64,000 bases of DNA from Amphiscolops sp. MND2022 (taxonomy: Eukaryota), in the NCBI GenBank assembly GCA_964187785.1, contig OZ076409.1, positions 51,710,001 through 51,774,000 of the forward strand. The letters run 5' to 3'. The notes below the pieces were generated by a model, which worked only from the letters and a program-made list of their open reading frames with translations, did not search any database and was not told the origin of the DNA. Both the position numbers and the translations under genes were made by a program. This document shows positions 24,305 through 36,075 of the stretch, in pieces (the first letter of the stretch is position 1; each line of letters starts with the position of its first letter).

Positions 24305-27300
24305 ATGGCAACACTGCCGACCACGCCATCAACGTCTCGTCGAACGACACCAGCGAAAGTCCCATGCGGCCAAGGTTCGATAACAATTTTTTTGTGATCA
24401 AGCTGTAACGTAATCAAGCTGTAACTTTTTTTCACGGAAAAGTTTAATCTGACATATGGCATTCCTTTTAGGCACTTGTGACGTTGTGGACAAGCTGTCC
24501 AACATCCTACGCCACCGCAAAGTCTGTCCCCGAATGCCACGAGAGCAGTTCAAGCTCATGGAGAGAACGTGCCAGCTCTGCGGCCAGATCATTTCCGCCA
24601 AAAAACTGCTGAAGAAGCACTACAATACAAAGTATTGTAAGGAGCAGCAAAAGCGGAAAGCAGAAGGCCTGCCTACCCGAATGTACCAGTACGGTTAGTC
24701 ATTACAATGTATGTTAAAAATTGATCGACTTGTAACATTTTAAACTCAATGATTTTGAAAAAAAGTCTAGGTCTCAAACAAAAAGTGTGTTTTTATTCAT
24801 GTAACTTCTATGTTACAGCAGCTGCAAAAGGCTTGACGCGGAGGCCTAACTTATGCTACGGCAGAGGTTGTGGCAAGTCATATGTTTACCCTTATGACTT
24901 GCGCGTGCACCTTTTGAAGAATCCTCAATGCCAGGAAGGAGCGAATGTGAGTGCCTGTCCTATTTTTTTCTCTTTAAGAACACATGTTGAATGATTTGAT
25001 TGACCATTTGACTCTCGAAACGCCGTGTTTTAAACGGTGACAATGTGACTGGAACTCCGAATGAGTCATTTTATCGTGGCAACTGTTTAGGCTGCAGTAT
25101 CTTTGGGCTCCGATTCGTCTACTAGTAGCAACACTGACGAGCGATTCAGGCCAGAAGATTTCAACCACATTCCTTCTGATGTGTTTGGGTCTGATGGATT
25201 TTTCAAGTTCGCGATGGAAGTGCCCCTCGACTACAAGTTTCCTGTAGCTCAATGGGAAGGCAACGTTGACGACCATGTCGTCAAATTCAATTCCCTGATG
25301 AGACACAGTGTGCCTCTGTTGTGGCGTGGAGGTGTCAACCATTGCCATGGTTTGAAGCTGCCTCAAGTGGAAGAACTCGCTTTCACTCAAGTTGTCCAAC
25401 AGCTTCTAGTCCCCCAGAAGCTACAAGCAAGTGCAGCAACCATCAATGTCAAGTCGGCAAAACTTGGAGAAGTAAGTCTTTGGTAGAATTACTTTCAATT
25501 TGAAGCTTGTTTTTTTCGTAAAATATCTGGAACAACTGCAATTTGATCCCTGTCGTGAGCTCATTTTCCAACTTGGACAAGTCTTTGGTAGAATTACTTT
25601 CAATTTCAAATTTTCAAGTAATGCTTCAAGTTGAAGCTTGTATTTTTCGTAAATATCGAACAACTGCAATTTGATCCCTGTCGTGAGCTCATTCTCCAAC
25701 TTGGGCAAGTTGAATTTGTCGAACAACTGCATTTGAACTATTCTAACAATGAGAAAGTTGTCCGTCTTATTCCCGTCTTAGTCACTTTATGATCATTTCA
25801 TTTCAGAGTCGTGACCTCAGTCTCGACGAGTTCAAGCAGGAGCTCATCAACGCCGACAGAAGCAGCGTTTACTATCCTTTAAACGCTATAGACATCGCCA
25901 TGCAGCCAAAGGTAAACAACATTGAATGAGCTCCTTTGATTTGATGGAAAACGCAAATCCAGTGAAAAACGACTTTTCTTTTATTGTTTTCCCCAACCCC
26001 CTGTTTGCTAGTAGTTGCGTACAAATTGGACTTTGAGGATTTTATTCAACATAATGCACATTGTTTTGAAACAACTTCAACTTATATTGATTTTTTTGTC
26101 TTTTCAGTCCATCTACAGCGTGCCAACGATGATAAAAAAGTCGTCAGTGAACCACCTTGTGGACGAGCTGGTCAGTAAGTCAGCAGAACCGTTCTCAGTA
26201 GCGACTTCATACTACTTGCTGATCTCCAACGATGGTTGTCAAACAACTTGGCACACGGACTTCAGTTCAACATCTGTCTTTTATACAGTCTTGACTGGGT
26301 CCAAGACCTTCTTTCTGGTTGCGTCAACTGAAAACAACATGAAGTTGTTCAATGCCTGGTCCAAACAAGAATCCGACGACATGTGAGTTGAATTTTTTCA
26401 CCAAGGAATTTCAGCTTTTGTGTTCATCTATTTTTGTATTTTTGCATCATTTTGCATCACGGGCCATCATTTCCGTACGTGTTTTCATTGTATTTGCGAA
26501 ATTTTCAACTTTCAATGCACTATATTGTTTTTGCATCGCCGAATATTTTAAGAATAGTCGCTTAGAGTTCCAACAGTTTTCGTTTTAGGCCAACATTTTT
26601 TGGATGCCACAAAAGACTGGAGGGGGGTTGCCTCAGGGTTACTCTTAATCCGGGCGACGTTTTCGCCATGCCGTCTCAGTACATCCATACAGTCCTCACA
26701 AGTGGAGACTCTGTGGCAATAGGGACGAATTTCCTTTCAGAAGGTCATTCGAACCAGTTCAAAAAGGCGATCATTGAAGAAGACTCCATCAGGGAGCATG
26801 AGAAGTTTCCGGGCATGTTGGAAATGCTAGCTACTTTGATGCTCAAAGCATCAGAGAGATGCATGATAACTCCGGACTTCCTTCGTCTTCACAGAGCCAT
26901 TGAGAATCGATATCAAGAAAGTGAAGCTGTTGCTGTGAGTTGTATTTTTTAGTTCACAATCGTTTAGAATCAAACTAAGTTATCGAATTAAGTATTTGTA
27001 TAATGAAGCAGTGTTGTGACTCACAACAGGGACCAAAACTGAAATTGGTAATCATAATGAATAATGTTGATGATGACGTTGTGGCTCACGACAGGGACCA
27101 AAATTAAAGGTGGTAATGATTACCAATTTTAATTTCGGTCCCTGTCGTGAGCCACAAGGTCATCATCAACATTATTTGTTGATGATCAACAAAGTTGATC
27201 AAATAGCTTGGTGAGTTATCACGAGTTTTGTTTCAGATTTGCCCCGAATTCAGCAAGGAGAGACTCGTTTACAATATTTGCTCGCGCAAAGACTTCGTAA

Positions 27301-27863
27301 ACGATGTTCATGTCACTGCTTTCACGGAAACGGCCTCAAAAAGGGCATATCTTCTTTGCCCCAAGCCTTGCTTCAGAAGGAGGAACTGGTTTACAAACGA
27401 GGACGGCGTGAGGGTCCCGAAGGAAGCAATTTCTGAGGAGCGCCTCACTTTCTTGTGCCGAAGACCTGATGTTGACGAGCCGAATCGTGATGTTTTGATC
27501 AGCTATGAGGAAGCCATCACGTATGTGCACCCGCGACCGTCACAAACAGTAAGAGCTTTGCACAAAATGCCGAAAAGAAAAACCCTCGTTCAAGACCGTG
27601 GTAAGTTTGCTTATTTTAGTTACATCCTGGTTGTTTCGTCTTAGTATACATAGTGGTAATGTAAGTGATGATATTCAAAACTGGTCACCTGGTTGAACAT
27701 CCGTAAGGCTTACATTTGATTTTCTTATTTCCTAAAAAGACTTCAAAATGAAATTAATGGAGTGGTAATCGAATTCAATGTTTTTGTTTCAGAATTCAGA
27801 CCATCTACTGATCGTTACGTTGCTTCGATCATGAGCCACCATGTCCCTGCATACAGCTTGTAG
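24305..27863 (+). CDS. Nine-exon gene: three C2HC-type zinc fingers + JmjC domain (KDM2/KDM7-like putative histone demethylase)
   Basis: Exons approx. 24305-24374, 24472-24693, 24819-24946, 25091-25471, 25807-25911, 26108-26382, 26589-26934, 27237-27600, 27792-27863 with GT-AG introns; TTWHTDFSSTSVFYTVLTGSKTF and MPSQYIHTVLTSGDSVAIGTNFL. Confidence 0.85.
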
Positions 27864-28031
27864 TTGCGTACAGACTGAGTTGTGCTTAAGAAGTTCTCGA
27901 TCATTGTTAACTTAACATGTTGAACTTTCTTGTCTCCGAGTTATTTGTTGTGCTCAGTAAGTTGTACACTGTGGCTCGGTATAAACTTGTAGCTTGAAAA
28001 ACTGCTCTAGATTTTTCGAATGACCGTCAAC

Positions 28032-28391
28032 CAGGGGTGTTAAATATTGCATTGCAATACTATTGCAATACTAATAAAACAATCTTTTGTTATTCTGAAT
28101 TTTGTTGAAACAATAATTGCAATTATTGTGTCTATGAAAAAGATTGTTTGAAAAACCAATCAAATCAATTTGTTGATCAAATTACCATCTGAAAATTGTT
28201 CGTTGATCATTATTAGTTTGACTGAAAAGTCCGCCAAATTGGAAGTATTTGGCACCCAACTCATGTCTCCGAATTCTTTCCTTATTGTGAAAAATCAACA
28301 ATGTATTGTATTTGATAACGTTCTGAAAATAATTATTGTATACAATTTTATTGCAATTATTGTGACCTAGAATTATTTTTTAACACCCCTG
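28032..28391. mobile_element. hAT-type MITE
   Basis: TIR CAGGGGTGTTAAA/TTTAACACCCCTG, 8-bp TSD CCGTCAAC. Confidence 0.9.
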
Positions 28392-29723
28392 CCGTCAACA
28401 ACCTGGTATTTTTTGTTCATAGCAAATTCAGCAAAACATTCAGCAAATTATTACGGCAAAGTCCAATTACCTCATAGTCTAGTTAAAATCTTTATTTTAA
28501 CTAATCATTTCACGGTAAAAAAAATTGTTGTTGACCATTATTCAATTATTAGGTTACTATTCATTCAATAAGTTAATGTGTACAATTTACCTTCGATTTA
28601 TAGTGCATTCAAAGTTTGTACAGCCTTGATCGTTTGTAAGTTTGTAATGTTCTGAATTGTATCAACTGTGTTTTGGACAATTACTGTCGGAAATGTCGAG
28701 TAGTTGTTCCCAAAAAAAGAGGGACATCTACCGTCGGAAATATCGGGTGGTTGTTTCCAAAAAAAATATCAAATACCGTCAAAATCAATCATTGATGGCC
28801 GCCGGAAGTCATCGGGTCATCGGAAGGGAGTTTCCAATTAACTTCGCCTTTGTGCTCCCTTGCATCGTATGTTTTCTCTTTCAGTACAGGCCGAGTATGA
28901 ATAATAGAAGCAAAAGCCTCTTTGTTAAGGAGAAAAACAGTGTTTAAGGTTGTTTAAGAATAGAAAAACGGTCAAACGTCCCAATTCAGATTCAGTTGTC
29001 TGTAACTTTTTCAATTTTCGTCTGAAAAATTTCAACGTTAAACTAATGTAAACTAGAAGAAAATTTAAGAATAGTTTCCTTCTGACAATTTTACAAATTT
29101 TCAATCGATTCCGAAAAAATCGAGCCTGAAAATGCTCGGGGGGTGTTTTCCTAATCACAGTACTAGAGCTCTCAACCAATGAAATGAACATGTGGGCATC
29201 AATTAGCCAATGATATCTATTCGTTCGTTCCGCCGGCGGCTGCTGTTTTTCAAAAGTTGATAAAAGTACTTCAAGTTGACTCAAGTTTGTTATGTTTGCT
29301 ATAGACCAAGACTCAAGTTATTTTAATTTTTCTTGACGCAGCTCGGAGAAGCAACATAAATACAGGTTACATTTTGATCCGTCGTGAGCAAATATAAAAC
29401 AGAGTTGCTAAACCATATTTTAAGTTAAGTACCAGCTCTGAGAAACTGTCTCTGTTTTCAACCACAGTATCCTTCTTTTCTTAGGATGTGTTTTCAGAAA
29501 GAAAACAACTTTCATTGAATATTGTATTTTGAATACAAAAATAGCACCAGTTTTATAATGGAATTTATGAACATTATAAAATCACAAAAAAATAATTGAA
29601 AATAAAAAATTTATCTCTTGTAGAGCAAATAAATAATGAGTTTTGAAACTTTAAAGTTTCAAAAATAGTGGAAAAGTCGTTGAAATCGTTTCAACAAAAC
29701 TTCGAGTCCCTCGGGTTCAGACA

Positions 29724-30107
29724 TTATTTCAGCCTGAGCAGGCATCCTTGTTTCCTGCAGAGTGGGCACTTCACCCAAAGGGCACGATCAGTGCTTTCCC
29801 TGTGAATCACAGTGATCAAAATTTTCGAACGATATCTAGAATGAGTTTGTTTTGTAACCACGTGTGTACCAAAAATTTCAGGAATACAAAAATGTAAAGG
29901 ACACGCCTCAAAAAATTGATCAGTGAAAATTATCAGAAAGGAAAAGTGAAAACAGCTTCAATAACAATTTTTCAAAGCAAAGTTCTGTGAAACTTACCTC
30001 TCAAGCACTTTGATCCAGGCTTGACGGCACTGATTGCATATCGCGTGTTTATCATGGAGAATCCAAAAACGCGAAAAGATCTTCTCTCCACAGACAGCGC
30101 AAAGCAT
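29724..30107 (-). CDS. Spliced RING-finger-like protein (not in ORF track); may extend upstream to ~30235 across a frameshift
   Basis: Exon 30107-29998 MLCAVCGEKIFSRFWILHDKHAICNQCRQAWIKVLE joins in frame (gtaagt...tctag) to 29835-29724 RYRSKILITVIHRESTDRALWVKCPLCRKQGCLLRLK*. Confidence 0.7.
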
Positions 30108-30607
30108 TTCCAGTTGGTTAATGTGTTTCAGGTGGTCAATAAGTACAATGATTTTTGAAAAGATATATCAGTCTTGTCACACGGTTGTTTGAAGATCGAA
30201 TGGCCAACAATCGGCCCGGGACATATAGAACACATCGTACGAAAGATTTGAACTTTATTTTGTCATTATCTTGTTTCTATGTACGAACAACTGGCTTTGT
30301 TTCATGACTTGACAACTTGCAAGTCCTTTTAATCCTTTCACTAAGTAACCACCTAGTTAATTTATAACCTCTGTACCTGTAACAAATAACCGTCTCCACT
30401 TATTATTTGGTTTAGTAAACCAACGCGGTACTTCGGTAGTGCCACTTTCATTCATTTCAAAATAAGATGATAGTCAAGATGATTCTTTCATTTCAGTTAT
30501 TATGTCGATATAATTGTATTTGTTTCAATGGTTTCAAAAAATGAAATAATTATTACTTTACAGAATTGAATGACGTACATATGTATGTTTACAAAGTTTA
30601 TGGAATT

Positions 30608-30803
30608 AACAAAGTTCATTCATTTATCACTACTAAAAAATTAATAACGTACATATGTGGTTTTGATCCCTGTCGTGAGCAACATCAAGTTGTAACAAAT
30701 AGTCTAACAAAGTTCATTCATTTATCACTACGAAAAAATTAATAACGTACATATGTGGTTTTGATCCTTGTCGTGAGCAACATCAAGTTGTAACAAATAG
30801 TCT
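30608..30803 (+). repeat. Two tandem ~98-bp units containing the 20-bp motif, related to the 191-bp direct repeat and to 34315-34395
   Basis: AACAAAGTTCATTCATTTATCACTAC...TTTTGATCCYTGTCGTGAGCAACATCAAGTTGTAACAAATAGTCT twice. Confidence 0.8.
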
Positions 30804-31403
30804 ATACGAATCTAAAACTCTGTTTGTGTCTAAAACTCTATCAATCTGAAATGTCTATTCCAAATCTCCAAGTACTTAAACGATTATTTAATTACCACTG
30901 CAGTAAATTTAGAATTGAGGCGTGTTGAATAAGGACAACTGCCAGTGAAGGTGCCACAGGCTGTTCAGTGAAGGTTTGTCGAAAACTGCTGAGAAGTGCT
31001 TACACCGTGTAAGCATTAATTAACACCATTAACACCGTGACGATTAAATAATTAATACTGCAGGAAAGGGTAGATTTGAGGCATTTTAATTATGACTATT
31101 CAAATTTTGTCGATAACCGCAGCAAAGTCTTTACACGATTAACTAATTACAATTACGAATTGAGGCTTTCTAATAATGATTTCTGAATTTCTGTCGAAAA
31201 CTGAAAAGTCGATTCAGTCAAACCTTTTACAACGATACTGTCAACTTGCTTTCATATCTCTCGCAATCATCAACTTCTGTTTTCATCAAATCTTAATTTC
31301 ATAATCAACTTCTGAACTTGTCAAAAACAGCAAAGTCGAATCAGTCAATTCTTTCGCATCAATATTTTCAACCTTCTTCCTCTCGCAATCATCAATATCT
31401 ATC

Positions 31404-31865
31404 ATGTTCGATCCCGCAGCAATGCCAATCAGGTCGTGTATTCGTCCAATAGATGAAATGATCTCAAACTGTGGACCACCACACAGAAAAAATGTGCGTT
31501 TTGCTGACTCAGCACCAATCTCGGTCTCAACCACCAATCAACTTGAAGCAACTCCCACATATCCGAGAGCTTGGAGAATCAAAAGAAGGGCACCCATTCC
31601 TGAAACTCCAACTCCACTGGCACCCACTCTAATGCACCCACTCCACTCCACTGGCACCCACTCCGGGAACAAAAAAGCAGTCACTACGGTAGGATCAAAA
31701 ACAGTGAGGTTCTCTTTCATAGAAAGGGCTGTATCACCGAATGGAGAAGTATCAGAGTCAGTCATTTCCTTCAATGACTCGGAAACCAATCCTTGTGACG
31801 AATACTGGAAACCTGGGGCTCTCGACGACAGGCCGTACATAATGAACTGCCGAACAACACGATAG
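31404..31865 (+). CDS. 153-aa Pro/Thr-rich ORF with two RVxF-like motifs
   Basis: ATG-initiated ORF, GC-richer than flanks; RKNVRFADS and SKTVRFSF. Confidence 0.5.
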   Translation: MFDPAAMPIRSCIRPIDEMISNCGPPHRKNVRFADSAPISVSTTNQLEATPTYPRAWRIKRRAPIPETPTPLAPTLMHPLHSTGTHSGNKKAVTTVGSKTVRFSFIERAVSPNGEVSESVISFNDSETNPCDEYWKPGALDDRPYIMNCRTTR

Positions 31866-31946
31866 AATTTAAAGTTATTATTCTGCTCTTCTAGTACAGT
31901 TGACACAACTGTACTAGAAGAGCAGAATAGTAATTTTAAATGTAAC

Positions 31947-32312
31947 CAGGGCTACCGAAAAAATAATGGATCAAACCATTATCTTTGATAAATAATTTAT
32001 TTCTAGTATATTTCCATTCAGAAAATTTATTTCTGTCATTCGAAAAATACCATAATTATTTCGGAATTTTCCATTATTTTAGAAATAAAATGATCTACAA
32101 AGCAAATAAAGGCGACGCTACCACCAAGGCAGCTTGCCGTATGTAGGCTATTGTAAATTTCTAACATATGCAAAATTATTTCATATAATTTAAAATTATG
32201 GCCATAATTTATTTATTTGAGAAAATATTGTTATTTATGGGCATTAAATCTAAAATAAATCTATAAATATAAAAATAATGAAAAAAACTAAAAGAAGTTT
32301 TCGGTAGCCCTG
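31947..32312. mobile_element. hAT-type MITE
   Basis: TIR CAGGGCTACCGAAAA/TTTTCGGTAGCCCTG, 8-bp TSD AATGTAAC. Confidence 0.9.
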
Positions 32313-32371
32313 AATGTAACATCGGTTCTAAAATCATTTCTGAATGTGGACGAAACAGTTTGGCTTCAGTA

Positions 32372-32742
32372 CAGGGGTGTTCATTATTGTATTGTAATTT
32401 AAATCTAAGCCTACGAAAATCAATAATTCAATTTTCCACAAAAATCAATAATTGAAATTATTGTGCTCAAAAACAAACTGATGAAGAAACTTAAATTGCT
32501 CTGCGAACTTTGAAAGTTTCTTTCTATAATAAGTCATCATAAATCTCGCTCGAGAGGATTTTTTTCAAGTAACCAACTTTTTCGATTTGTTAATGTTACA
32601 CTGCAATTAATAATTTCCCCCACAGGATTACGAGCAATCAATAATTGTTGGAAAACAGAGACGTAAAATCAATAATTGTAATTGTTTAACTTAAATTGAA
32701 TTGCAATAATTGTTCTTTGCAATAATTAATTGAACACCCCTG
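32372..32742. mobile_element. hAT-type MITE (same TIR family as 28032-28391)
   Basis: TIR CAGGGGTGTTCA/TGAACACCCCTG, 8-bp TSD CTTCAGTA. Confidence 0.9.
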
Positions 32743-32976
32743 CTTCAGTATCTCAGTATCGGATGCGAATTTTACCTCCGGGGTAAAATTCGCATCCGAT
32801 ACTGAGATACTGAAGCCAAAACTGTTTCGTCCAATCAGATTTTAGAACCAACCAACGAGTCGTCATCTGGAAGGACAAATTTTTCTGATGATCAACTTGC
32901 AAAGCGAACAAAAGATCGGTCGTCTCGACACGAACTTCTAGACCTATTACACAGTCTGAAATCCAACCTGTCAAAC

Positions 32977-34220
32977 TTGAAAGCGAATGGTCAATGTGTG
33001 AACAACTTCTTGACTCAAGGACGACCTTCGGTGGACGAAATTGAAGATCTTTCCTACCCACTTGAAGAATGGATGGAGGAAATTGAACCCTTGGTTTCCC
33101 ACTTCAATGCCCAAAACTTCGCAACCCTCAGTGAGGAGAATTTGAAGCAAGAACAAAACAAATGCCTGGAACTTCAAGAAGGTGTTCAAGCTCAGATAAT
33201 CTCAATTGGCAAGTTACAGAAGAATATGTTGAGGCCTTGTACAGTAGTGATATTATTAAAAGCAACAAAAGGCAAATCTCAAAACCGAATATCTCTAAAA
33301 CAGCAGCGATTTTTGAAAAATGATAAAGTGAAAGTTTCTTAGATTTTTATCTAGTTTACAAATATGTTTGTTTGAAGACTATGCGATGAAAATTGTAGAA
33401 GTTACGATAGGCCATTTTTAGCCAAATTTAGGTCAAAATTGAGGTTTTTCTCACTTTTGGGCTACTTTTCCCCAAAATTTTTGAAAAAATTTTTGTTCAA
33501 TTGACCCCCCTGATTTAACTGAAGCTCCTGATATGTTTTGATTTAGAAATCATCTTAAAATCGTAAAGAAAATGCGCTGTAAAATTGAACTTTTTCGAAA
33601 ATACATGTATTAAGATACGATTTTGAAATATAACCACTTAAAACAAGCTCGTACTAATACAATTTACAAAATTTTCGAGAAAAAATTATATTGTCAGATT
33701 CAAAATGTTTGGGAGAATTTTTCTGTTAAAATTGTTTTGAAATCAAAAAATTGTAAGTGGGTCAAAAATTCAAAAAACTAAAAAATGATGTTTTGGAAAT
33801 CGCTCTCGACCAATGAAATGAGCGCGTGAGACATTATTTAGCCAATGAGATTTGTTTATTTGCTCTCTTTCCGCGTGCTTTGTTGCTTAATAATATAGTT
33901 GTTGTAGTAATAATAATATCACTACAGTACAAAACCATTCAAAACTCACAGATTCAGAACAGCACCCAAGATAACGAATCAGTGGCTAGTTTGAGCGACC
34001 GCGTGATCGGAATCATGAACAGATACAACGCCATTTCTTCCAACGTGGAGGAAAGAGCGCAACAACTGTATTTCGACATAGAGGAGTCCTTACAGGTATT
34101 GAGATTGTGATTGTTATGTATCCGAAGAAACTGAAAGAACAGCTGAAGAATCTATCGCAAGTTAGAACAAATCTGGAGGACACCGGTGCCGAAATTGACA
34201 AGATCAAGGCCAACGCTGAG
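32977..34220 (+). pseudogene. Coiled-coil-like coding remnant disrupted by a MITE and a frameshift
   Basis: Glu/Gln/Leu-rich frames 32977-33240 and 33928-34220 on either side of the TA-flanked insertion. Confidence 0.45.
33242..33927. mobile_element. TA-flanked MITE; partial second copy at ~15287-15430 in the intron of the Tudor-like gene
   Basis: TIR CAGTAGTGATATTATTA / TAATAATATCACTACAG, TA on both sides. Confidence 0.75.
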
Positions 34221-34634
34221 CAAATGTTGAAGAGTATTCCTCACAATCGAATTTATTATTTCGAACAATATATTGTCAATTCATGTTATTATTCATTTAT
34301 TAAATAAAAATATAATTGATATTATTCAATAAAAAATTAATAACGTACATATGTGGTTTTGATCCCTGTCGTGAGCAACATCAAGAAACGTTGTAACTGG
34401 AGTAACTATAAATTGAACAAGTAATTTTTGTCGGGCACAAATTCTGGCTGAGATTACAAATCTCAACGAAAAAAACTTTTGCCCATTTTGATGTAGTTTT
34501 AAAGAGGCTCTCAGTTTGGGGATCACATAGTGTCGCCCGTAACAAGACCCACGACGCGAACGTGGCCTCTGAAGGGTCTCAAAATCTAATTTACAAATTC
34601 TACAAAATTATACTAACTACACTTTTACAAAAAT

Positions 34635-34850
34635 TTAATTATACAAAATGCTATTTACAGGTAATCTACAGTAAGGACATCTAACAAGGTCTGCACTCGC
34701 TAAACTATCTAAATAGTGTTTTATACACTCTCTACAAGCTAAATGTAATTTATGTTCTAGGTGAAAACTTTGCAATTCTACTATTCTAAAGTTTTCGTAG
34801 CAGATCATGCATTCTTTATTCTTCGAAGCAGCAGCTTTCTTCACCCTCAT
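34635..34850 (-). CDS. 71-aa stand-alone RING-finger protein
   Basis: CMIC...H...HLACREC...CPYCR. Confidence 0.7.
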   Translation of the reverse strand: MRVKKAAASKNKECMICYENFRIVELQSFHLEHKLHLACRECIKHYLDSLASADLVRCPYCRLPVNSILYN

Positions 34851-35417
34851 CGATTGGGCTATTCAGAATGTTGGCTGTTGATTTAGAATGGCGAAAGGAT
34901 AGAAGGAAGAATACGAATAAGAATGAAATTTTAAAGACTTGTAGAGATTTTAGAGATTTGTATAGAGCGAGGGAAGAAATGAGTGACAAAATGAAAGACT
35001 TCACGAAAAAGTTTCAATTTCGTAAATCCTTTCACGAACCATGCCGGGACTGAACGAAATTTTCACCGATACCGAACACCTGTGACGTCATAATTAACTG
35101 TATTGCATTTCTGATGCGCGCTAACCTTTCAGCTATATCGCCTTGAAAGAAATCAATTACCATTCGCAAATGTTGAAGAGTCACTCTTCAACATTTGCGA
35201 ATGGCCCATTCCCGGGGAATTGATTCCTTTCAAGGCGATATAGCTGAAAGGTTATAATAAATAAAAATAAATAAAAATAAAAATAAATGAATTAAAATAT
35301 ACAAATAATGAATTCGATTGTGAGGATTCATGATATTATTCATTTATTCAATCGATTAAAAATTAATTGATGTTTATTGATATTATTCAATAAAAAATTA
35401 ATAACGTACATATTTGG

Positions 35418-35608
35418 TTTTGATCCCTGTCGTGAGCAACATCAAGAAAAGTTGTAACAAATAATCTATACGAAGTTGAAACTTTATCAAACCGAAAACA
35501 GTAGTTTATGGAATACCGATCTTGAATTATTGAACTAAAAACGAAGTTTGGACCATGTGCCTTATCCTCCCTCAGATAAATACTGTTTCTTATCCAACAA
35601 CACCCCCC
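35418..35608 (+). repeat. 191-bp direct repeat, right copy
   Basis: Matches 8955-9145. Confidence 0.9.
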
Positions 35609-36051
35609 CATCCAAGACTTCCCAAACAAATGAAAGTAGGTCTCATAATGAAGGGGCGGTTGCTTCATTGAACTTGGTAATTTTGGTCCCTGTCGTGAGC
35701 ACTTCCTGTAGTCAGATTTACTGTTTATGCGATTTGATACTGTGTAGGCGAATCAAGCAGTGTAGTTACGAGTCGGCGTGTGTAGCTCACCAGTAAAAAC
35801 CCGTAATTGCCAGAATTATGTGTAAATATGAGATGCACAGTGTAGTTAGTCAAATTGCTTAAACTAGTCATATGGTGTAAGCTAGTCAATTACTGTACTA
35901 TCCAATGGTGTAAACTAGTCAACGTACGTAGCAAAATCAACGAGTGTAACGGCCTATCAATGCGCGTAATGTGAGAAAAGTGTAAAACTTCCAAAAAAAT
36001 ATTCGCGCTCTGATTGGACAAAAATCGAACTAGCAGGATCCTGCTAGTTCG

Positions 36052-36073
36052 TACCGGCATGTGTATCGTAATG
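36052..36073 (-). repeat. Right terminal inverted repeat
   Basis: Reads CATTACGATACACATGCCGGTA on the minus strand, followed by the GT TSD on plus. Confidence 0.92.
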
Positions 36074-36075
36074 GT

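Noticed and set aside
35890..36075. C-terminal part of the 291-aa ORF (TITIHMPVRTS...)
   Set aside because: Read-through of gag into the right TIR, not real coding sequence
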